Part shown: positions 11,295-22,580 of the stretch, one piece after another
How the letters are laid out: each line of letters opens with the position of its first letter
How positions within the stretch are numbered: the first letter of the stretch is position 1
Assembly: GCA_965112735.1 (NCBI GenBank)
Contig: OZ218962.1
Location: 558,001-622,000, forward strand
Source of the DNA: Phaeosaccion multiseriatum
Lineage: Eukaryota > Protista > Ochrophyta, other classes
DNA: 64,000 bases
Reading direction: 5' to 3'
Notes under the pieces: generated by a model
Seen by the model: the letters and a program-made list of their open reading frames with translations, nothing else
The model's database searches: none
What the model was told of the DNA's origin: nothing
Translations under genes and position numbers: made by a program

Positions 11295-12860
11295 GAGGAG
11301 GAGGAGGAGGAGGAGGAGGAGGAGGAGGAGGAGGAGGAGGAGGAGGAGGAGGAGGAGGAGGAGGAGGAGGAGGAGGAGGAGGAGGAGGAGGAGGAGGAGG
11401 AGGAGGAGGAGGAGGAGGAGGAGGAGGAGGAGGAGGAGGAGGAGGAGGAGGAGGAGGAGGAGGAGGAGGAGGAGGAGGAGGAGGAGGAGGAGGAGGAGGA
11501 GGAGGAGGAGGAGGAGGAGGAGGAGGAGGAGGAGGAGGAGGAGGAGGAGGAGGAGGAGGAGGAGGAGGAGGAGGAGGAGGAGGAGGAGGAGGAGGAGGAG
11601 GAGGAGGAGGAGGAGGAGGAGGAGGAGGAGGAGGAGGAGGAGGAGGAGGAGGAGGAGGAGGAGGAGGAGGAGGAGGAGGAGGAGGAGGAGGAGGAGGAGG
11701 AGGAGGAGGAGGAGGAGGAGGAGGAGGAGGAGGAGGAGGAGGAGGAGGAGGAGGAGGAGGAGGAGGAGGGGGAGGAGGAGGTGGTGGTGGAGGAGGATGC
11801 GAAGCCTGGAAGCTCCGCTCCTGTGACTAACACTGGAATGAACAAGCCTTGCGCGGTACGGAAAGGAGCGTGGACGGCGGAGGAGGAAGAGTACGCGGCT
11901 GCTCTCATTCACCACTTCAGTGCGGGCTCCTTGCCCACCTCTGTACCGGAGGGCGCATCTCTGGGTGGTTTCGTCTCTGAGAAGCTGGCATGCAGCCTCG
12001 AGCGAGTTCGATCGAAGTTCAGGGGTAATGTCATCAGCTGGGGCCATACTACGCCGGCGTGTCACAATTTTCTCTCGGGGGTTGATCGCGACAAGGCAGA
12101 GAGAGAGCTCCTGAAGTTGGAGATGAGGTTCAGAGCAGGACTGTCATCCGCTGACTTGGAGACCGTGCCCTTTGCATCATGGGGTGCGTCGCCCTGCCCC
12201 CCGCAGGGGGTTGGACCGGACGCTGTTGGCAGCGCTGAGTCTGACGGGGTTACAGAGGGTGGACAACACCCTCAACAAGAAGGGACAGGGCTACCGAAGG
12301 ATAGCAGGGAGGGGGCGAGAGAGCAGGCCAGGGTGAGGAAGGCGCCTCTGAGGAGAGAGGTGTCAGTCGAGCAGAGCACCGAGAGCGAGGAAAAGACGGA
12401 GGCAGCGGCCCCTCTTGACAGAGCGGGAGGAGCTGGTGTGGACGGGGGCACGCTGAGCATCGGGGACGAGGTGGAGCTGCCCAACGAGCGCTGGAAAACG
12501 ATTGACGACAACTTCCCGGCGGCTGACTCGGACGCAGCGCGGCAGGAGAGCACCGTGGGCGCGACTTCGAGAGGCGTGGTCGTGACGGCATGCTCCAAGA
12601 AAGTCCGGCTTCTCCCCCTATACGCTGTGAGCGCTGAGTACCTACGAGGACGGACGCCTAGCCCTGGCGATGCTGCAGCGGTCAGACGCTTCTTGAAGGC
12701 CTATCTGGAGGCCTACGACGCTTTCGAGGAGCCGAGCGAGACTCTCCCGAGGGAGTGGGCAGCGCTGGCGAGACGCGTGGTGGTGGTGAGAGAGAAGAAG
12801 AAGGAGGGGAGGAAGGCGCGGAGAGAGATACGCCGCACAGAGGGTCGAATCTACCTGTGA
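8973..12860 (+). CDS. Myb-like repeat family member 3 (4 repeats, the first internally deleted; 159-residue poly-Glu; C-terminal domain)
   Basis: 1295-aa ORF with WTA.EEEYA.A repeats and the same C-terminal LSIGDEVELPNERW...PREWAALARRVV block as members 1 and 2. The start is uncertain because 8760-8800 resembles the family N-terminus in another frame. Confidence 0.75.
10401..11291 (+). repeat. Near-identical intragenic tandem duplication of one Myb-like module (477-bp period)
   Basis: GACAGTGGAAAGG occurs at 10401 and 10878, and the downstream sequences are almost identical. Confidence 0.9.
11292..11768 (+). repeat. Perfect (GAG)159 microsatellite, preceded by (CAG)n
   Basis: Read directly from the sequence. 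Confidence 0.95.
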
Positions 12861-12947
12861 TACAATGACCTACGTGTTTCAAGTGTACTACTTCGAAGTA
12901 TATGTAAAGGGAGTCGAATCTTGCAGCCACAGGGCTCCCCCTTCTGG

Positions 12948-15129
12948 TCAGGGCAGGCAAGGTGTGGTATGGTACGCGTTGTCGTCAATATTGGCGTACA
13001 CGGCACTCCGGCTGGGCGGGTGCTTGGCTCCTCGCAGCCACAGGTCCATTCTCAAGCGCGGCCTTGTCTCCCCCTCCTTGTCCTGGGCTCTCTGCGGGGG
13101 GCGAGGAGACACACACCATGATGCAATGGGAAGGGTCTCCGAGTCGAGGGATGTCAGTCCTGCTCTAAACTTCCTTGCCTCCAGCTCCTGGAGCTCTCTC
13201 TCCAGCTTGTCGCGCTCCACCAACTCGGGAGCTGGATATATTGACTTACTGGTGTAGTCGCTGACATGATTGATACCTGGCAACTTACAACAGACTCGAT
13301 TGGGGTAGCATGCCAGCTTCGCGGCGAGGAGTACACTCAGGGATGTGCCCTTTGGTATCTGTATGGGCAAGGAACCCGTATTGAAGCGGTGAGTCATGAC
13401 TGCCACGTACCCCTCCCCCCCCTCCGTCGGCCTTCCTTTCCGTAGGCCGTCAGGCTTGTTGTTTCCACTGTAAGTCGGGGCAGCGGAGCCTTGAGGCCAA
13501 GCCCGCTCCTGCCGCGGCCTCCGCCCCTGCTGAAGCCCCTTCTGTTGCTGCTCCTGACTATGTTGCCGATGGTGATTATCTCGGATCTCGGCCCCTGATG
13601 TGAGAGGGGCGGTTTTGCTCGGTGCCTGCCGTGACTGGGGGCTCAAAGGTGCGGCGCTGCAAGGAGAGCGGTGCCCGTAGACGTCAGTGCCGCAGCTGCT
13701 ATCGGCCCTGCCAGGTACCGCATCGGGCACCATTGCGCTTCGGACTATACAGGCATGGTGCTGAATGTTGGTGCTCTTTGTCGCCACAAAAACGACCCCA
13801 TTGCCGCTGCTAGCCCCCTCTGGTACTGCGAGGTCCAGCGGTAGAGGGGGCGGCCAGTGGGCCGCAGCTGCGGTGTCGCTCTGATTAGGTGGTGCCTCAT
13901 CCTCGCCCAGCGCTCCCCCCCCCCCCATCCCCTCTTCGAGACGAATGTCGGTCCAAGTGGAGTAGGAATGCTCAGTGCTCGACGACGCCTTCTGCCTCTT
14001 CTTCCTCTGGTCCGACTCCTCCTCCTTCCTCTTAGTCTTGACTTTCGTCAAGCTGATGCCCTTGGTAAGGCTCAGGACGAGGTTGTTATGTCCCGTGCAC
14101 AGTCCCCCTTTTCTCCCCGCCTTGGAGCAAGAGGAGTCGAACTGGCAATACCAACGACGTTTGTTGTTCTTCTTGCCGTACCTTGGTGACATCGGTCTGC
14201 GCGGGACGGAGGTGATGAAAGAGCCCCACCGGCCTGAATGTCAAGGCGCCACTGTTGTCGCTCCCACTATCAATGCTACCGCTGCTGCGGACGCCTTCGC
14301 TGCATTTGGTCGTGGGGCTCTCAGGCGCGTTGAATGGGCTTTCGACCCCCAAGTCTCCGTGTCTGACCTCAGTCCTCAACGAAGCCAGAGTCCGGCCCCG
14401 AGGCTGGAATGAGTCTCCGTCCAACTCTATGGAGGGGAGTGGCAGTGGCCGGCCTGAGGATAGAGGAAGCTCATCGCCACTGCTTGCTTCCATGGGAGCC
14501 GATCGCTGCTGCTCATTCTCGCTACTTGTGTACAACTGAATACTGGTACCTGGCGCTGAGGCGAGAGGAGATAGGACCGGATGGGGGAGAAGGTCCTGTG
14601 TTTCTATGGCCACCTCTCCGCTTTGCTGCTGATGCTGGTCCTCCCACCGCTGCCGCTCGGTGGTCTTTGGCGCAGGATGGTCGGGTCTCGGAAAGCTCCC
14701 CATCGTGATCATCTCGCCGTCCCTGTGCGGCTGTTGGTAGCCTCCACTCCAGTCTGAGCCCCCCTTTTTACACCCCCCCCCCTCCTCTCTGCCTTTGGCA
14801 GTGGACGTACTACTGCTGCTCCTGCTGGCCTTGGTCCCGTCCTCGTCGCCATCGAGCTCTTGCCAGGCGGCCTCCTCCTTCTGCTGGCCGTGGCAGCGGT
14901 CGCCTTCTGCACCAGGTATGTCTGCTGCACTCGCACGCACTAGCACTTCGTTGTGCTCGCCCTGGCCCTTCTTGCTGCGGTCACTAGTGCGGCAGCCTCT
15001 TTCTCTCTCTCCTAGAGGAGCAGCAGCAGGAGGCAAGTCGGAGTGTCCCGCACTCGAAAAAATGGTGTACGGAGCCCCTCCGAGCACACTCGTCCTTTGA
15101 CCGGGTCGTGGCGGTACCTCCACACGCAT
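12948..15129 (-). pseudogene. Myb-like repeat family member 4: frameshifted, with a zinc-finger motif, one degenerate repeat and no C-terminal domain
   Basis: ORF 14086-15129 shares PVLSP...APM..SS.D.L..SSGR.LP with members 1 and 3. ORF 12948-14192 has RRWYCQFDSSCSKAGRKGGLCTGH and a degenerate repeat. The frames join if one G is removed from a G-run near 14225, which could be a homopolymer error. Confidence 0.6.
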
Positions 15130-15602
15130 GAGGCACTCGTTCTGCTGTAACGCTCACCAACGCAACCTCCAAAAACCTCACTCAGCCCAAAATGTACCCC
15201 GCCGCTAGCATCCTGATTTCTGCACCCTTCGCCTCGCCCTCGTAGAAGGTAGAAGGCTCAGTGTCGGGCACTCCCTCCACCGACAGTAGCAGCGTGGTGA
15301 ATCCAGCGCCTTTCTGGCAGCATGGGCTGGTCATGCCCCGCCGTCGCAGCCAGCCACGACCTGGTGCGATGCAGCAGGCTTACCTCTCTCTACCTCGATA
15401 AGGGAGGCGCCAATGACACCCAGAATGGAGATAGGGGGGGCGAGGGAGAGCAGAAGGGAGTCCATTGGTGGCTGCGGTTCGGTTTTTAACGGATGGGTGA
15501 CAGTCGGAATGATTTTTTCGGATTCTCCCTTGTTAGCGCGTTGGTTCTCCAGGGGGGTTCGTGCTCTTTTGTTCCCACGGGCACTCTTTGTCTTGTGGGA
15601 CA

Positions 15603-17288
15603 ATGAAGCGAGCCCTGGTGGGGAGCGGCAGAGGAGAAGTGCTTTATTCGAATATCTTCGGCGCAGCGGGAGGAGGATTGAGGCCTGCGACAAGGCGCGG
15701 AAGGACGTGCCTGCAAGCGAGTCGAGGTGTGAGCTCTGCATCAAGACGTGCTGGAAAAGGGGAGAGGTGAGGAGGGGAGGATGGTTGCGAGTGAAGGGGG
15801 CAAGCTGTGCATTTTCTCCATTGAAAGTTCTCCTCTTCGGCTCCTGCCTCTGCAATGCGTGACTCCTGGCCCCTCATCGCCAATACGAAATCGATGCTCC
15901 TGACTTCCCCTGCCCTTGCCCACCTTTTCCTGTATTCAATAGCGTCTACCACCCAGTCGCCGTCGTTGTGCTGCACCGCCACGGTCAGAGGGCCCCGGGT
16001 GTGAATATAGGGAGCTTTGTGGGCAGCAGCAGCGCCCCGGACCAATCATCCACAACGAGTGGAGAAGGAGGAGCGGGGAGCTTAGCAGCGCCAGCACAAG
16101 CACCAGCAGCAGGAGGTCCTTTCGATGCGGACGACAAGTTCTTGTGGAAGAAGTGGATGGTGCCCTTGGAGGAGCAGCAGGTGAGTAGGCACTGGGTGGG
16201 ATGGCTCAATTCCCCTCATACTTCCATCAGCCGCATCCGCTCTGCTGGCCAAAGGGTGTCTATCGTACACCGCAGAGACACGTAGGTACCAGCGTGCACA
16301 CGCCTCCCTCCTTTCTCCACGGCTGCCGCGGTTCACTCGCTGCATGGGAAACCTTTGTCGTTCATTATCGTGTTACTGGCACTGCTCTGCCCTCCCGCCC
16401 ACCTCAGTGCCTCTCTGTGCCTACCCCCTTCCCCCTTCCTGCTCTCGCCTCTCCTCCTTCATCCTTCCCGCAGCGCCTGCAGGCCCTCTTCCCCGTGGAG
16501 CCGGACGACCCCCAGGTCGTGCCCTCAGATCAGGTAAACAAAGCAAGGAGTGTAAGGCCAATCGTTGGTCCCATCCCGCGTGCCCCTTTCCTGTCTTGAA
16601 GTGCGCAGTGTCCTGTTTCCTGGACGCCTTCGTGCATGGGCTGCCATCTACTTGCCCAAGCACTCGGAGAGAGAACTGACCCTCTGTCTGCCTCACCCCT
16701 TCCCTTCCCCGTTGCCCACCCTCCCCTCCCCTTCCTCCCCCCGCTCCTCGCCCCCTTTTCCTCCCCCCCCCCCCCCCTCGTTCCTTCCTTAGCTGACCTT
16801 CCCCTTCGGATGCCTGACCACGAGGGGCCTCGCACACCTCAAGAGCGTGGGAAGGGCTCTTCGCTCGCGCTACGGACGCTTCCGTCTGGCACAGGTCAGT
16901 GGAGAAGAAGAGCACATGTTGGGCAGGCAGGCCTATTAGGGGTGATTGGTGCGGGTCCAGCGCCTTGGCCATTACCGCCTTCGCATCGCGCTACAAGAGG
17001 AAAGACTCTCCCCCCCCACGCGGCTCCTTCGATCCCATGCATTGCTCGTGATCGGGCCCAATGAGGCTCTGTCAGACTCTGCTGGAGATGGACGCATTGC
17101 TTGTGATCGGGACGAGACCTCCCGACCCAAAGCTGGGTCACACTCAGAGCTAAGGATGCCTCTCCCTCTCCCTCTTGCCTTTCCCTTACGTCCATGTGCC
17201 CTACAGGCGGACGTCTTTGCCTACTCAACCACGTATAGACGCACGCAGCTCTCCGTCCAGAGCCTGCTCGAGGGAATGCTGGGTAAGG

Positions 17289-17319
<31 letters not shown>

Positions 17320-19735
17320 ACTGAGAGAGAGCACGAGCAGGGGGAGGGAGGATAGGAGAGAAGAGGGGGGAAGGGATGTCGAGTGAGAACCCTCGAAGAA
17401 TCGTCACCAAGGAGGAGGAGGTAGCGCCTGCTGGAGTGAATGGGGTGGCTTGCGAAGGGACGTCAGGACCCCTTGCCTCTCGCCTCCTATTCTCTGTTCC
17501 TGTGCCCCTGCGCCTTCTGACCTTCTCTGAAAGCTCGAGTAGGCGGAGAGGCAGAGAGACAAAGAGATGCGGCATTTCCCCCCGTCCAAGAACAACACGC
17601 CAATGCAAAAACCACTGTTAACACGGTCTGTCTTGTGTGTCTGCGTCTCTGTCTCTCTGTCTCACCCACTCTTGTATTGATGCAAGCAGACACAGGAGGG
17701 GGTGTCGCCGTCCGTGTGCGAGGCCAAGAGCAGGAGTTCTTGAACGCCTTTGATAGCGACGGACCGACCATGACGCGCCTCATGCGTGAAGTGGTGGCCT
17801 CTCCGGACTTTGCCCGGTACGAGGACACTGAGGGCCGAGGTGAGTGAGACGCCAGCACAACGTCTCTCCTCTCCCTTTTGGATAGTCCCGTTCCCATTGT
17901 TGTTGGCGTCAACCTCGTCTCTCTCCTCCACTCTCTCACTACTTCTCTTCTCTCTCCCTTTCCCTATCTCACGCTCTCCCTCTTGGTCTGCTTGTCTTCG
18001 TCTGCCTACCCCGCTGCCTGCCCGACTACCTTCTCCTCCTGCAAGCTCTGCAAACCGCCCTGCAGAGGGCCGCCCCTGAGGTGTTCGACCGCAGCGCTAG
18101 CAGCACCGCCCCGCAGCCTTGGCAGTGGATGAGCGCTGCTGACTTCTTCTGGTGCAGAGAGGTGCGAGGGCGTCTTGTCGCTGTGTGACAGCCCGTGCCA
18201 GCCTACGACCTAGTACACCCCACACCCTACAGTCTCCGATCAACCTATGTAGACTCTACCTCTATGCCGGCCTGTGTGACAGTCTGTGCGACGGCTTATC
18301 TGGTCTGATTGCCTCCCCCTAAGGCGAGTGTTCACTCTTTTCCTGTGCTTGCTTGCTTGCTTGCTTGCTTGCCCTCGCCTTCCCTCCCCCTCATGACTAA
18401 ACCTTTGTCCCATTCGAACCTTTTCCCATTCGGCCTGCCTACCTGCCTCACTCCTTCCCTCTCTCTCTCCTGCCCCCTGCCTGACTTGCTCCTCCCCATC
18501 CACTACCATCCCCTGCGGAACTCACTCCTCCCCACCCACAGGCCCACGACATCCCCCTACCGGAGGCGCTAAGACCCCTCGCGGCCCCCACGTCCGACCA
18601 CCTCGTGTGGCGCTTCCAGCAGTACTACGCACACCCGCAGCTGCTCTCCAACATGGTCAGGTTAGTGGTGTAGCGAGCAGGACCGGCATTGCATCGGGGG
18701 TAGGGCGATGGGTATCGGGAGCAGATATGCGCCTGCGCGTGCCGTTAGGCTGCTGATCCTGTCCTGCTTCTCAGTCGTCTCATTGGAATTGAAAACTGTT
18801 GTTGCGTGCGTGCGTGCTGGCTTGCTTGTCTATCGCAAAACTTGAATGGTTGAGGACGTAAAGGCGTCTTTTGACATTCGTAGTGAGGCGACTGAGGAAG
18901 AGCACCCAAGGGCCTTCCTTCGATACTCTCGACCACAGCAGCAGGAGCGGCCGGAACAGTGACAGTCTGTCCCTGACGCTACTGAGCACACACGACGTAA
19001 CAATCTTCTCCCTGCTCACGGCCCTGCAAAGTCATCTGGTGCGACAAGGGGGGAAGTTGGTGGTACAGCAGCAGGAGAGGGCGTTCTGGCCCCACTACGG
19101 CATAGCTCTGTCCTTCGAGCTGCTGCAGCGGCGCGCCAGACACCAGCCGCCCACGGCAGAGGTCAGTGTGTGGTTGTCGATGCTGCAATTGAAGAGGGCA
19201 GAGGCAGGGGGGAGACGGGGCTCTCAGTCTGACGGTTGGCGAGAGGCAAGGAGGGAGTAGGCTTGGCTTCTGGGGGGCTTTGAGGCTGCGGCTGAAAGAA
19301 GTTCCATCGGTGAGGGGGGCAAGTGGAAAATAGAAGACGCTGGCCCGCATGACTAATGCGACTCTAACCAGCTCTGCGCCCTCTTTTGGTTCTCTCCCGT
19401 CCTCTTGTCCGTCCCTTCCACAAACACACGCACCCACACACGCCCCCCAGGCCGGCGCCCCCACCCACGTGCGCGTGTTGGTGGACCAATCGCCGCTGCA
19501 GTCGCCGCTCTTCCCCCAAGTACGTCACAATATGACGTCACCCATTCTGTCTGTTCTGCAGGGGCGGCGGGCTGGCGGTGTCCCTGTCCTCCTGCCTCTG
19601 TTCGTTACATGATTCGTCCGCCCGCCGTCCCGCCCACCCGTCCTCTGTGCACAGGGTGAGCCGGTGCCGCTGACGGTCTTGGAGGCCGCTCTGCAGCGCC
19701 AAGGGCTGTTGGAGACCGCTGCCAGCTGTGAATAA
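15603..19735 (+). CDS. Histidine acid phosphatase (branch 2, ACP6-like), multi-exon
   Basis: RHGQRAP motif (exon from 15943), STTYRRTQLSVQSLLEGML (~17207-17282), LSTHDVTIFSLL and WPHYG..LSFEL (~18880-19161), last exon 19655-19735. Probable exon 1 (15603-15766) is Arg/Ser-rich and phase-compatible. Some internal boundaries are uncertain. Confidence 0.8.
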
Positions 19736-19925
19736 AGGCCGGTGCGGCGCAGGCGAGTCTGCCCATCAGCTACGATGCCTTGTGGAGCTTCCTTGTTGTG
19801 CTGCTACACCGATCATGTTGAAATGCCTAGGGAGAGAGCTGAAGAGCGAGGAAAGGGATAAATGGCCTCACACTTAGGTTGAAAGCTGCAAAACTTCGCA
19901 CTGGAACGTATCTCAAAGCTTGTCA

Positions 19926-21672
19926 GGCAGCTCCACCTCGTCCCCGATGCTCAGTGTGCCCCCGTCCACACCAGCTCCTCCCGCACATGCGCGAGGGGCA
20001 GCTACCACAGCCTTCTTCTCACTCTCGATACTCTGCTAGACTGGCGCGTCCTTCACACTGGCCTGGTCGCTCGCCCCCTCCCTGCTTTCCTTCGGTAGCC
20101 TTGTCCCATCGTTCAGCAGAAGTTCTTGTCCAGCCTTTGTCTTCCCACCAGACTCAGCACTGTCAAAAACGTCTGGGCCAGCCCCCTGCGGAGGACGAGG
20201 GGACACTCCACACGATGTGACGGGGACGGTCTCCGAGTCGTACAATGCCAACACTGCTTTGAACTTCGCCTCTAACTCCCGGAGCTCTTTCTCCGCCATA
20301 TCGCGCTCCACTGGACACGCTGTCCCACGGTCCGAGCTGATACCCTTGAACTTCGGGTACACTCGTCTGGGATCGCATGCCAGCTTCTCAGCGACGAAGT
20401 CATGCAGAGATGTGCCCTCCGATACCGGCGTGGGCAGCGCGCCTCTACTGAAGTAGCGAATGGTGGCAGCCGCGTACTCCTCCTCCGCCGCTGTCCACCT
20501 TCCTCTCCGTGGGCTGCGAGACTTGTCCTTTCCACTGTCACCAGCAGCAACCGCGAACTTGGGATGCGTGGTCCCCTCCTCCTCCTCCTCCTCCTCCTCC
20601 TGCGGCGGCTGCTGCTGCTGCTGCTGCTGCTGCTGACGCCGGCCCTCGACTCGCGGAGGATGTGAAGGGAACGGTCTCCAAGTCGACGGGTTTCATTCCT
20701 GCTCTGAATCTCGCCTCCAGCTCCTGGAGCTCTCTCCCCGCCTTGTCGCGCTCCACTGTCGGGGGGCAATGAGAGTTGGAGGAGGAGCTGTGACCCTCCC
20801 CATTTCAAACCCCCCCCCTTTGTCTTCAACTCGCTTGGGATCGCATGCCAGCTTCTCAGCGACGAAGTTCAACAGAGATGTGCCCTCTGGTAACGGCGTG
20901 GGAAAGGAGCCCTAACTGGAGTGGCGGACGACAGCACCCGCGTACTCCTCCTCCTCCTCCGCAGTCCACGCTTCATTACGTAGGCCTTCAGGCTTGTCCA
21001 CTTCTCTGTCAATCGGAGTAGCGAAGCTCTGAGACATCCAAAAGCACCTCCCTGATGCGACTGCAGCTGCTGCTGCTGGTGGTGGTAGTGCTGCCGCTGC
21101 TGCTGACATCGGCCATCGGTCCCCGGAGAACGAAGAAGACCTCCCAATGATGCGAAGGGGGCGGCACCACTCGGTGCATCTCGCGCCACTGGGCTCAAAA
21201 GTACTTCTTTGCAACCTTCAGTGTCGCAGATGCTGCCGGCCCTTCCAGTCACCACATCGGGCACTAGTGCGCTTCGGGCTGAGCAGACACTGTGCTGAAT
21301 GTGGGCGCCCTCTATCGTTTCGGATAACGCCCCGCTGCCGCTGCTGGCCCCCTCTGGTGCTGCGAAGTCCGTCGAGAGAGGTGGCTGCCAGGAAGCGGCA
21401 GCTGTGGTGGCGCTATCGGCACGCACCTCAGCGAAGCCCATCGCCTGCCCTTCCCTCCGCCCCCCGCCCCCGTCAAGGTCGATCGGCGTATTCGTCGAGG
21501 TCGTCTTCTGCTTCTTCCTCAGGCCAGTTTGCTCCGGCACGCTCCACACATCGGGAGAATATCGCCCCTGTTGGCGCTTCCGAAGCGTGATGTCGAGGAA
21601 CGACTCTGGCATTCGCAAAGCTCCGCCAATTCTATCCATGGGCCGGAACGCGCCTCTGTCGTCGCTGCCACT
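19926..21672 (-). pseudogene. Myb-like repeat family member 5: inverted paralogue of member 3, truncated at both ends
   Basis: 21672-20910 is nearly the reverse complement of 9297-10090. It has frameshifts (~21040), a TGG>TAG change (~20913) and a stop at 20036, and breaks off after EVELP at the start of the C-terminal domain. Confidence 0.85.
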
Positions 21673-21696
21673 GCCACTGGGCTGTATATAAATGTG

Positions 21697-21741
21697 CCTC
21701 TCCGCTCACTCGAGGGGGGGTCCTCCGCTGCTCTGGGCCAT
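21697..21741 (-). pseudogene. Orphan exon 1 (type A) of an ankyrin-array unit whose body is missing
   Basis: Matches exon 1 of copies 1 and 2 but has one fewer C in the C-run and a donor changed from GT to GC. The upstream spacer is conserved. Confidence 0.7.
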
Positions 21742-22580
21742 GCTGGCTCGCCGAGAGACGAAAGAAAGCCTGTACCAGGGCTGGCAGCAGGAGGCTCTCA
21801 GGGACGGTATTCACGCTGCACCGCCGCCTTCGCGCTCCACCTCCTCTGGCAGCTTCCCCCGGGGGAGGGGCTTGGTGCCAACAAACTTGTACTCACACTA
21901 CGATCTGTAGGGCGCCCTTGTGGCTCACAGCACCCTCAACAACACGGAGTACGGAGCGCTTGTAGGCTTAATGAAGAGCGCAACCCGCACTCTCATGATA
22001 ATGACACGCTGCTTTTCTGTATTATCGATGCGCGAGAGCAACGTCACGTCCCTAACCTAACTTCTACATTCCTCTCCCTCCTCCTGCTTCATGTACTACC
22101 CACGGCCGCTTTCTCTTGCTGGGAGTACCGCTGCATCCCGCCCTGCCGATGCCTGCACATCTAAGCCACTCTCACATCAAACGGGTTGTCCCCACACCAT
22201 GCTATCCTCCGTACCCTTTTGCTACACCAACTACCACCGCTGCAGTGGAGAGGGCTGCTGCTCACCCCGTCGGCTGCGTTGAGTGCCTTCCTTCGATGCT
22301 CTTGCCTCTCCTGCCCCTCTTTAGCCGCACAGTGCCATCCCACCTTCCCCCGTCGTGCCGTGCTGCTATCCATCGCTGGCCTTGTTCTCATTCCGCCACC
22401 CTCTCCACACTTCCGTCTGTCTGTGCCCCTGCTTGCCTGTCCGTGGCGGTGCTCCAACTAATCTATTCCATCCGACGCTTGTATCCACAGCCAGTCCCAC
22501 TGGCGAGTGTGCACTCCAACCCCCCCCCCCCCCACATCCCCCTCCTCGCTCGCTTCGAGGCCGTGACCTCTCTCCCCTTT

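Noticed and set aside
10735-12065. Poly-R, poly-G, poly-L and poly-S ORFs
   Set aside because: Alternative frames of the (GAG)n tract; no independent coding signal.
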